Notes under the pieces: generated by a model | The model's input: only the letters and a program-made list of their open reading frames with translations | Database searches by the model: none | What the model was told of the DNA's origin: nothing | Part shown: positions 8,841 through 16,695 of the stretch, piece after piece | Numbering within the stretch: position 1 is the first letter of the stretch | How the letters are laid out: each line of letters opens with the position of its first letter | DNA from: Horticoccus luteus | Lineage (GTDB): Bacteria; Verrucomicrobiota; Verrucomicrobiia; Opitutales; Opitutaceae | Direction of reading: 5' to 3' | Assembly: GCF_019464535.1 (NCBI RefSeq) | Contig: NZ_CP080507.1 | Location: 2,490,001-2,522,000, forward strand | Length of the DNA stretch: 32,000 bases | Made by a program: the position numbers and the translations under genes

Positions 8841-10892
8841 TCACGCCGCCGCCGCGGCCCGCAGCAACATCCAGAAGCAAACGAGAATGCCGCCCGAGAC
8901 GGCGAGACAGGCGATGAAGCCGATCGCGTCCACCTTGTCCCACCGGGTGAACTCCCATTGGGAGGCGGAACCGAAAAGCTTGGTGTCATCGAAGCGGTGC
9001 GGACGATCCCGCGTGGCCGCCATCGCCGCGGCTTCTGCTTCGGGCGTCGCGCCGACCGGCGTCTTCATTTTGCCGAAAAATTGATCGGTGCGTGCACGCT
9101 CCGGCGCACGCGTCACGAGACTGACGAGAATCAACACGACAAACGGGAACAGGCCGTCGTAGATGAAGCGCGCGGCATTGCGCCCGCTCGGGGTCAGCGC
9201 CCGCACCTTCAACCCGAGATGGTCGAGCACATAGAGTTCGAAATGAAAGCGCTTCAACCCGATCAGCGCGCCTGTCTGCACCTCGGGATCGACCCGCGCC
9301 ACACTGTCAAAGTAGACGGCCGAGGTCCGGCCGGGTTCGCCGACCTGCAGCGTCAACGCGGGGTTGCGCGCGATGGCATCGACATGGGGCGCGATCCACG
9401 AGGGAAAGATGATGTTGAGCAACGCCGAGACAATCACCGCGGTCCAGACCGCCGGCGCAGTCAGCCGGCGCCAGAAATAGATCAGCATCACCGCCGCGCC
9501 AAACGGCACGTTGACCGTGAGCAGCAACTGCACGACGGAGTAAACATCGTCCATGCTCGCGGCGGCATAAACACCGGTCGCCAAAATCACCACGATCGCC
9601 CAGCGGCCGGCGGCAACCATGCCGCGTTCATCCGTCGCGGGACGCAGATATTTGTAAACGTTGCGCACGAAGAGCGCCGACACCGCCATGGTCTGCGACG
9701 CCACGGTGGACATGTTGGCCGCCAGCAGGCCCGCCATCATCAAGCCGAGAAAGCCGGGCTTGAGCAGGAGCAGCGCCATCGAACCCCACGCGGCGTCGGG
9801 ATCGGAGAGCGTCGCCGCTCCCTGATACAAGGCGATGGCGATCAGTCCGCACAGAGCCCAGAGGATGATCATGACGCGCTTGGCGTAAGTGCCGGAGACC
9901 GCGCCGAAGCGCGCCGCAAATTCGTTTTTCGCCGAGCCCGAGACGGCCATGTTGCCGATGATGCCGTGGATTTGAACGATGGAGATGAGGAAGATGCCGG
10001 CGAGCTCCCAGCCACCGATGCCGCTGGTGCCGCCGCCCAGCAGATCGAACGTCGCCGGCGGCACGCGCACCGCCAGCTGGCTCCAACCGCCAATGGCCTG
10101 CAGGCCGAACGGAATGAGGATGAAGGAAAACACCACGATCAACGACCCTTGCAGCGCCTCGTTGACCGCCGCCGCCGCCATGCCGCCCATCACGATGTAT
10201 CCGCCGACGATCAGCGTATAGATCAGGTAGTAGCTCCATTTGCCCGTCGGGCTGTCGAGCCATGAAATGTAGCTGCGCAGCTCGCCGCGCTTGTTCTGGT
10301 CCTGCAATTCACCGAGTCGCGCCACCGCCGTCGCCGCGAGCGGCGCGGTCTTTTGCGTCGCCTCCAGCTGCTTCATTTCGTGATACCCTGCCACCGAGGC
10401 GCGCTCGGCCGCCGTCCACCGCGCCTCGGGCTTGACCAACAGCGACGCGGTGACCTTGTAACCGACCAGATTGCCAAAGCCGATGATGACCACGACGGTC
10501 GCGAAGATTTGAAATATCGCGTAGAAGCGCGCGAGCGACCGGCTGCCGAAACGGTCTTCAAACAAATCCGCCACCGTGACGAGCCGCACGCGCCGAAACC
10601 ACGCGTTCATGAACCAATAGTAGGGATTCATGAAGAGCGTCTGCAGTGACAACCAGACGCCGGAAGCGCCCTTCTGGTAAACGAGACTCGCGGTGCTCAC
10701 GGCGCCGTTGGCGTCGGTGGCGTTGCCGAAGTTGAGGAAGAACTGGTAGAGCTTGCCCAGTTTGCGGCCCGCGAGAAAGAAGCCCTCCTCGCTCATATTC
10801 GACTTGGACGCCCGCCGCCCAATGTAAATGACCAGCGCGAGGTAAGCCAGGATGACCAGCAGGTCGACGACGTGCAGACTGCCAAAATACAT
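8841..10892 (-). CDS. Sodium:solute symporter family (SSF) transporter, long form
   Basis: I call the start at the internal ATG 10890-10892 (MYFGSLHVVDLLVILAYLALVIYIGRRASKSNMSEEGFFLAGRKLG, a typical SSF N-terminus). This gives 683 aa with many TM helices. It ends 32 nt upstream of the tandem esterase gene, so co-transcription is likely. Confidence 0.85.
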   Translation of the reverse strand: MYFGSLHVVDLLVILAYLALVIYIGRRASKSNMSEEGFFLAGRKLGKLYQFFLNFGNATDANGAVSTASLVYQKGASGVWLSLQTLFMNPYYWFMNAWFRRVRLVTVADLFEDRFGSRSLARFYAIFQIFATVVVIIGFGNLVGYKVTASLLVKPEARWTAAERASVAGYHEMKQLEATQKTAPLAATAVARLGELQDQNKRGELRSYISWLDSPTGKWSYYLIYTLIVGGYIVMGGMAAAAVNEALQGSLIVVFSFILIPFGLQAIGGWSQLAVRVPPATFDLLGGGTSGIGGWELAGIFLISIVQIHGIIGNMAVSGSAKNEFAARFGAVSGTYAKRVMIILWALCGLIAIALYQGAATLSDPDAAWGSMALLLLKPGFLGLMMAGLLAANMSTVASQTMAVSALFVRNVYKYLRPATDERGMVAAGRWAIVVILATGVYAAASMDDVYSVVQLLLTVNVPFGAAVMLIYFWRRLTAPAVWTAVIVSALLNIIFPSWIAPHVDAIARNPALTLQVGEPGRTSAVYFDSVARVDPEVQTGALIGLKRFHFELYVLDHLGLKVRALTPSGRNAARFIYDGLFPFVVLILVSLVTRAPERARTDQFFGKMKTPVGATPEAEAAAMAATRDRPHRFDDTKLFGSASQWEFTRWDKVDAIGFIACLAVSGGILVCFWMLLRAAAAA

Positions 10893-11083
10893 GGGGTGAA
10901 AAGGAAATGGTTGGCCGGGCGCAGGCGCGCAAGGAACGGTCGTCTCTGCGCAATCAACCGCCATCCGTGGCCGACGTTACGCAGCGGGAAAACGCTTCGA
11001 GCGTAGCGACGCCCGCTCGCCTCAAAAGGATGTCCGACTCGGACAGTTCGCGAGCCCGCGACGGGAGTCGATGCGACGGCTCC

Positions 11084-11120
11084 AAAACAAAAAGACTCCC
11101 TGACCGTGGGTCAGGGAGTC
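11084..11120 (-). terminator. Rho-independent terminator downstream of the TonB-dependent receptor gene
   Basis: Perfect 12-bp inverted repeat, gactccctgacc (11094-11105) and ggtcagggagtc (11109-11120), with a 3-nt loop. On the minus strand the stem is followed by TTTTTGTTTT (plus-strand aaaacaaaaa, 11084-11093). It lies 26 nt after the stop codon at 11146. Confidence 0.8.
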
Positions 11121-11145
11121 TGAGGAAACAAACAAACCTCCGAAC

Positions 11146-14100
11146 TCAGAAATCGAACGTTGTGGTCAGCATGAACTGACGCGGATCGACGATGCGGAAC
11201 GCGTAAGGCGAACCGTCGTAGTTCACCGCCACCGGCCGCAAGCCACCGTTTTCGAACACATTGGAAACGTTCAACTGGATCTTCATCCCCACCTTGCCGT
11301 TGAGAATCGGATGCCGATACGAGATCCACAGGTCAGTGTAATAATTGGGACTATCGTAGATTGGACGTGTGACATCGGAGATATCCATCACGGGCTGTCC
11401 CGCATATTTGTTCACGCCGCTCGCCTTGCCGTAATAGCCGATGACGGCTTTGGACTCCCAACGCTCGTTACCGCCCACCGTGAATCCCCGCAGGAAACCG
11501 TCGGTGAAGTTATAATTCGTCAGAAACGACCAACGGTATTTCCGCTGGCCCTGCACGGACTGTCCCTGCAGATCGCTATCGAGGGCGAGCTGGGGCGCCA
11601 CCACTCCGGCATAGTAAGCCTGCGGGTTGGCGTAAGCATTGGCGGCCTCCGGAAAGACCGAGGAATTGTAACCGTAGGACGTGAGGAAGTTGGTCAAATC
11701 CACCTGCCGGCCGCCCGAGGTCGTGTAGGTCGCAAGGTTTTGATATTGGGGCAGCAAGTAGTCGCTCGCCTTCGCAGCCGCCCAAACCGCCTGCCGATCG
11801 GCGGCCCATGGCTGGAATTCTTTCAGCACGCTGGCATACTTGGTGTCCTGCTTGCCGAAGGTGAACTTCATCGTCCAATCGCGGGTCGGATTGTAGTTGA
11901 TTTCCGCCTCAAGACCTTTGGCCTCGGCATTGCGCGTGGCACCGATGGTATAGGGACGACTCTCGTAGTAGTTATACGGAATCTTCCAAATTTTCTCCGC
12001 CGCCGCCTGCACCGCATTTTCATCCGCCGTGCTAAGATTGGTCCCGAAACCATCTGCGGTCGGATCCTTGCCCATGTTAATCAACGCGATGGTGCGCGCC
12101 CAATTCCTGAACAAGGTCTGGTCGACGTTGCTCGAAAGACGGCCGAACACGACGGGAGCAGCGATGTTCTCATTGAGATTCGACGCCTTGAACCAAGTGA
12201 CGCGGGCGAAGAGCTTGTCTTGCAGCAAGGTGAATTGCACACCGTAGTCTTTGCCTTCGCCACTCGGTTTGGGGAGCGGATTGCCATAGAAATCACCCAA
12301 CGCCTGCGGCGGGGGATTGAAGTTGTCGGACTGATTATAGCTGAATCCCACGCTGCGCACGAAGCGCCACCATTCGGATCCGTTATTCGCCGAAGTCTCG
12401 ATCGAATCCCACCCTTTGAACGGCCGCACCACCCCGCCCAACGTGCGGGTGGTGCCGGTCAATTCGTTATAGGGCCCCCACCGGTTAAGCAGAAAGTCGC
12501 GCTGGAATTCTCCATTCACCCACTTCTGCGCATTGGTGATGGCAGGAGCGATCACATTGCCCGCTGCGTCCTTGATTGCGGTCGTCCCCGTATTGGTGAC
12601 CCGCGCTTTATATTTATCCTGTCGAACACCAAATGTGGTGATCAGCCGATCGCCCCAGAAGTAGCTCGTGATGCCGCCGCTGATGGAGTCGACCACGCGC
12701 TGGTTGCGCACCGTGCCTGCATCAATGTCATCGAATCCGGTTTTGACATTAAAGGACTGAAAGCTGCTGGTATCGTAGTCATAGGCGGTGATATTTCCCG
12801 TGTAATTCAGGGGATTCCATGTTCCTGCGGCTTGGGTCACAACGCCGTTGGGGTCGCCGGGTGCGGCAAGATAGTAGGTCCGGCGCAGCGTTGAGTTATT
12901 GCTGGGAAAATGCTTCCAACCCGTCGGCGAGCCATCCGCATTATTATTCGGATTTTGCAGGTAACGAAAGCGTCCGCCGTCGGTCGCACTATTCAAATAG
13001 GCGAGACGCTGGCGAATCGTCGTCGAAAGATAGTTATCCTTCGACCACAAGCCGAGGACTTGGTGATGGCCCAGCCATTTTAGCCATCCGCTTTTCTGAC
13101 GGAAATCAGGCGTCCAAGCGAGCATCGCGCGATAGTGATCGTCGATTTCGCCATTGATGTAGCTATCGGGATCCTGGTCCTCGAGATAAGGTTTGCCAAA
13201 GTAGGGATTCGGCGTGCCGTCCGGCAGATTCTTATTGGTGTCGACAAAAAGGGTCGCGACGTTGAGTTGCGCCACCGTGTAATTCGTGCGCTGAAAGAAG
13301 TCCTGACGAAACCAACCGGCACTCAGGAAGAGATCCGCCGGCAGCTCTTGTTCGAATTCAACGTTGTAGTTCGTGTTTTCCTGATAACCGAAATTCATCG
13401 AGTTGATATTCACCTTGCGCCAGTCGTAGATGGATTGGTCGGTCACGCCTGGATAGCGGTAACTGGCGGCGGCGATGCCATTGCCCGCCGCCGTCCACGG
13501 CGCGGACGACGTATAAGTGCGGGTGTAAATGTCCGCCCATGCTGGATTGGCGTAGATTGCCGCGTTGGTCGGTCCGGTCGACGGGTTGGCCGCGGGATTG
13601 GCGGGCGTGCCGAAGTTGGGCAGATACTTGTATTGCCAGGTGGGCTGGAACCAGTTCACGAGCTGACTGTTGGCAATCTGCATAATGCTGCGCCCTTGAT
13701 TGGCCTCGCCGATGCCCGGGACGAAGAGGATATTCGGCGAAGGCGTGCCAGCGACCCAGTCGGCCGGAACCGCCCAACTGTTGTTACCGAAAATATTGAT
13801 GCCGTTGTATTGCGTCTTGGCCGCATTCCACTTGCTCGGGTCGAACCCGGGCCGAGCCTCGATAAAGGTGCGAAGGTCGTTGGCGTAGGGCGACGCGGCG
13901 TCGTTGATGCGCATCCCGAGCTCCTGCCCCGACTTCAAACTATATATTTTCTTGGTGATTGGATCGTAATAGGGCTGGCCGGCGAGATTCCACTGCGTGA
14001 CGTAATCGCGCGGCGTCAGCGTGTTGGGCCGGCGGTTGTTGTTATCGTATTTCTCCGCATTGACCCGCAGCGTCGTGGTTTTGAAAGGTTTGTAGGTGAC

Positions 14101-14958
14101 CGCCCCGTAGTATCGCTTCGTTTTGTCATAGGCGGGCTTGCGGTCGAAGCGGCGGTCATCGTAGAGCGCTGCGCCGTAAATCGCGAGTTTGTCCGGGATC
14201 AAACCCTGGTTGAAATTGATCGAGCTGCGGAAGGAACCGTATTGATCCGTGCGCAGGGAGACTTGCGCGGAACGTTTGTTCAACTGCGCCTGCGCGGTGC
14301 TCTGATTGACGATGCCGGCCGGGCTGCCGAGGCCGAACAGCATGGAATTGGGGCCGCGGCTGATTTCGACCGTCTGGGTGTTATACGAATCAAACGGGAC
14401 GGCTGCGATCGAGGGGTAGTAGTTGATCGCGGAGCTCGGCGAACCAAGTCCCCGCACCCGATTAGCCTGCGCGTTGGTGTAGGGCGTGGTATTGTTCCCT
14501 TGCGTGCCGCCCGCGTTTACGTCGAGCACGCCGTCATTGCGCATGCTCTGCGTGCCGGGCGTGTAGGTCAGCGAACCCTCGGTGTTCACCTCGTAGCGGA
14601 AGACGTCGTTGATATCCGTGGAGCCAGTGTCCTCCATCTCCTGTTTGGTCACCACCGAGATCGACGACGCCAGATCCGCCAGATTGGTGTTCATGCGGCT
14701 ACCCGCCAGTGTATTGGCGGCAAAATAGCCCGAATCCTTCGTGGTGCTGACGGTAAACGGCGAGAGCTGCTCCACCTCCTCAGGCGTGGGCAGCGACTCG
14801 GCTGTCGTTTTCTGTTTGGGCGTCGCTGTTGACGCCCCGGAGTCATTCGCCGGTTGGGGATTCCCTTGGGCAAACAAGGTAGCTGCCAGGAATGGGAGGA
14901 GCAGCACCGATAGGCTCAGCCGGCCTCCGGAACGGATAGGTGTGGGGTGTGAGGTCAT
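11146..14958 (-). CDS. TonB-dependent outer-membrane receptor (very large, 1270 aa)
   Basis: I call the start at the internal ATG 14956-14958, giving signal peptide MTSHPTPIRSGGRLSLSVLLLPFLAATLFAQG. A low-complexity linker follows. Plug region: EQLSPFTVSTTKDSGYFAANTLAGSRMNTNLADLASSISVVTKQEMEDTGSTDINDVFRY. The long beta-rich barrel region ends in TTTFDF with a terminal aromatic residue. Confidence 0.85.
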   Translation of the reverse strand: MTSHPTPIRSGGRLSLSVLLLPFLAATLFAQGNPQPANDSGASTATPKQKTTAESLPTPEEVEQLSPFTVSTTKDSGYFAANTLAGSRMNTNLADLASSISVVTKQEMEDTGSTDINDVFRYEVNTEGSLTYTPGTQSMRNDGVLDVNAGGTQGNNTTPYTNAQANRVRGLGSPSSAINYYPSIAAVPFDSYNTQTVEISRGPNSMLFGLGSPAGIVNQSTAQAQLNKRSAQVSLRTDQYGSFRSSINFNQGLIPDKLAIYGAALYDDRRFDRKPAYDKTKRYYGAVTYKPFKTTTLRVNAEKYDNNNRRPNTLTPRDYVTQWNLAGQPYYDPITKKIYSLKSGQELGMRINDAASPYANDLRTFIEARPGFDPSKWNAAKTQYNGINIFGNNSWAVPADWVAGTPSPNILFVPGIGEANQGRSIMQIANSQLVNWFQPTWQYKYLPNFGTPANPAANPSTGPTNAAIYANPAWADIYTRTYTSSAPWTAAGNGIAAASYRYPGVTDQSIYDWRKVNINSMNFGYQENTNYNVEFEQELPADLFLSAGWFRQDFFQRTNYTVAQLNVATLFVDTNKNLPDGTPNPYFGKPYLEDQDPDSYINGEIDDHYRAMLAWTPDFRQKSGWLKWLGHHQVLGLWSKDNYLSTTIRQRLAYLNSATDGGRFRYLQNPNNNADGSPTGWKHFPSNNSTLRRTYYLAAPGDPNGVVTQAAGTWNPLNYTGNITAYDYDTSSFQSFNVKTGFDDIDAGTVRNQRVVDSISGGITSYFWGDRLITTFGVRQDKYKARVTNTGTTAIKDAAGNVIAPAITNAQKWVNGEFQRDFLLNRWGPYNELTGTTRTLGGVVRPFKGWDSIETSANNGSEWWRFVRSVGFSYNQSDNFNPPPQALGDFYGNPLPKPSGEGKDYGVQFTLLQDKLFARVTWFKASNLNENIAAPVVFGRLSSNVDQTLFRNWARTIALINMGKDPTADGFGTNLSTADENAVQAAAEKIWKIPYNYYESRPYTIGATRNAEAKGLEAEINYNPTRDWTMKFTFGKQDTKYASVLKEFQPWAADRQAVWAAAKASDYLLPQYQNLATYTTSGGRQVDLTNFLTSYGYNSSVFPEAANAYANPQAYYAGVVAPQLALDSDLQGQSVQGQRKYRWSFLTNYNFTDGFLRGFTVGGNERWESKAVIGYYGKASGVNKYAGQPVMDISDVTRPIYDSPNYYTDLWISYRHPILNGKVGMKIQLNVSNVFENGGLRPVAVNYDGSPYAFRIVDPRQFMLTTTFDF

Positions 14959-15244
14959 GAGTCGTAGGTTGCGAGCAGAGAGCGAAAGAGAATAGGATTT
15001 CGCTCCTAGGGAACGCGCAAACAGTGAGGGGATGGTAAAAATCGGCGTTGGGGTCGCCTTGGAACAGGCACACCAAGGCGTGCAGAAATATTTCACTCAA
15101 TCTGACCGCTCCTCAGACAGTCCGATTGACGTTCTCGCAGATGTCGATTCGGCGGTTCGATGCCGCAACCGGAGCGCCGCAAAATCTTTCCCGCCGCGCC
15201 ACCGCGCAAGACCTTTCGCCGCCGAGCGATGTCGCCCGCAGCCA

Positions 15245-16447
15245 TCACGCTTTCAGCGCCTCCGGCGCGGGAGCGAAGCCCGCGTCCTGCAATGAAGTAT
15301 GGCGGCGATACGCGCTATGCATCGCTTCTTCCAGCCCGTTTACGATGGGTATCGCCGCGTCCGATCCCGCATCGCCCGACCAGGCGAGCAAATCCGAAGA
15401 AACGGGCGTAATCGCCGAATGCGCATGCAACGCCAAGACCATCTCCGCATGGCGGCGGGCGATGGCGGGCCGGCACACGCGCACGCGGGGGTCTCGCAAC
15501 CGCGCCAGCACCGCCGCCATCATTTCGCGCCTCGCGCCCGTGATATCGGCGACTCGGCGGCGAATGCTGTCGCCCGTCGCGGTGGTGACCCACGCCTCGT
15601 TTTCATAACTCCAGCCGGCCGAACCTGCTGTGCCGATCAGTTTGATTTCCGGCTCGAACTGCGGGCGACAGCAGTGACTCGCCCCCAGCCACAGCCGCAC
15701 CTCGCGGTCGGTGCGGAGCCGCACTACTGCCGTGTCGAACGATTCGATCGCGTGCGCACGATAGAGTTCGGCGCCTTCGATGACCGCCGCAGCGGCATCG
15801 TCCCGACCGGCGCCCGCGAAATACAAACCAAGCATCACGAAGTGGGCGAACGCGTTGTTGAGCGGCGAATCGAGCACGGACTGCGCGCCTACGTGTAGGC
15901 GCCCGGCCCAGTTGTTGCGCAAATAGTAGCTTCGCGGCCGCGGCCAGATGCCCAGAAATCGCACCGCTCGCAATTCGCCGATCGCACCACGGTGAATCTG
16001 CTCCTTCAGCCATTGCGTGCCGCTCTCGTAATAGTCCTGAAACCCCACGGCCACGAACCGACCCGTCTCCCGCTCGGCGCGGTCGATGGCTTCGATATCC
16101 GCTGCGGCCGCCGCGAGCGGCTTTTCCACCAGCACGTTGGCGCCCGCGCGGAGAGCGTGCAGCGTCATCTGGGCGTGCCAGTGAATGCCGGTCGGAATCA
16201 GACAAAGGTCGATTTGCCCCGCCTCGTGCGCGAGCATCGCTTCATACGTGTCGTAGATCGCGCAGCCGTGAGCGCGCAACTCGGCGATATTCTCGGCCTC
16301 GTCCTGCGGATTGATAACGACGGCCGCCGTAAGCTTGATTTCTCCGCGCGCGCGGCATTCGCGCAACAATTGCAGGTGAATGCGCCCGTAACCGGATACG
16401 CCGATCACTGCCGCTCGGGGCACAGGAGAAGAGGAGGCAATGTTCAT
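15245..16447 (-). CDS. Gfo/Idh/MocA family oxidoreductase (cytoplasmic)
   Basis: I call the start at ATG 16445-16447 (MNIASSSPVPRAAVIGVSGYGRIHLQ, with the Rossmann GxGxxG motif near the N-terminus). The protein also contains the typical ...NVLVEKPLA... motif. 400 aa. An in-frame ATG at 16547-16549 would add 34 aa and is less likely. Confidence 0.8.
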   Translation of the reverse strand: MNIASSSPVPRAAVIGVSGYGRIHLQLLRECRARGEIKLTAAVVINPQDEAENIAELRAHGCAIYDTYEAMLAHEAGQIDLCLIPTGIHWHAQMTLHALRAGANVLVEKPLAAAAADIEAIDRAERETGRFVAVGFQDYYESGTQWLKEQIHRGAIGELRAVRFLGIWPRPRSYYLRNNWAGRLHVGAQSVLDSPLNNAFAHFVMLGLYFAGAGRDDAAAAVIEGAELYRAHAIESFDTAVVRLRTDREVRLWLGASHCCRPQFEPEIKLIGTAGSAGWSYENEAWVTTATGDSIRRRVADITGARREMMAAVLARLRDPRVRVCRPAIARRHAEMVLALHAHSAITPVSSDLLAWSGDAGSDAAIPIVNGLEEAMHSAYRRHTSLQDAGFAPAPEALKA

Positions 16448-16695
16448 GACCGTGGGCAATGCCCTGCTGATCGCCAGCGCGCCGCAGCGCTCCGGGACTT
16501 TGGGCGGGGAAAGTTCGAGGGGGTGAATTGAAAGAGGGCGGCGCCACATGGTCTGGCGCGAGCGCGGCGGGAATGTGCCGCCGGCAATTCACAAGGCCAC
16601 CGGCGCGCTCTTTGACAGTCGGAACGTCGCGCGTGCCGGCACCGATCTGCCGCCCCGCGCCCTACCGTGCGCCGCTCGCCAACCCGCCGACAACG

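Noticed and set aside
7231-10265. Plus-strand ORFs of 617 aa (7231..9084) and 435 aa (8958..10265)
   Set aside because: They are antisense to the tandem esterase and SSF transporter genes. Their Arg/His/Asp-rich translations show no domain signatures.
11311-14832. Plus-strand ORFs of 527 aa (11311..12894) and 565 aa (13135..14832)
   Set aside because: Both are antisense to the TonB-dependent receptor gene. They show no signal peptide, TM helices or motifs.
14959-15244. Possible riboswitch or leader RNA upstream of the TonB-dependent receptor
   Set aside because: I could not recognise any known riboswitch core (cobalamin, TPP, etc.) by eye. Only a short CCTTGG/CCAAGG inverted repeat is present. 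This needs an Infernal/Rfam scan before any claim.
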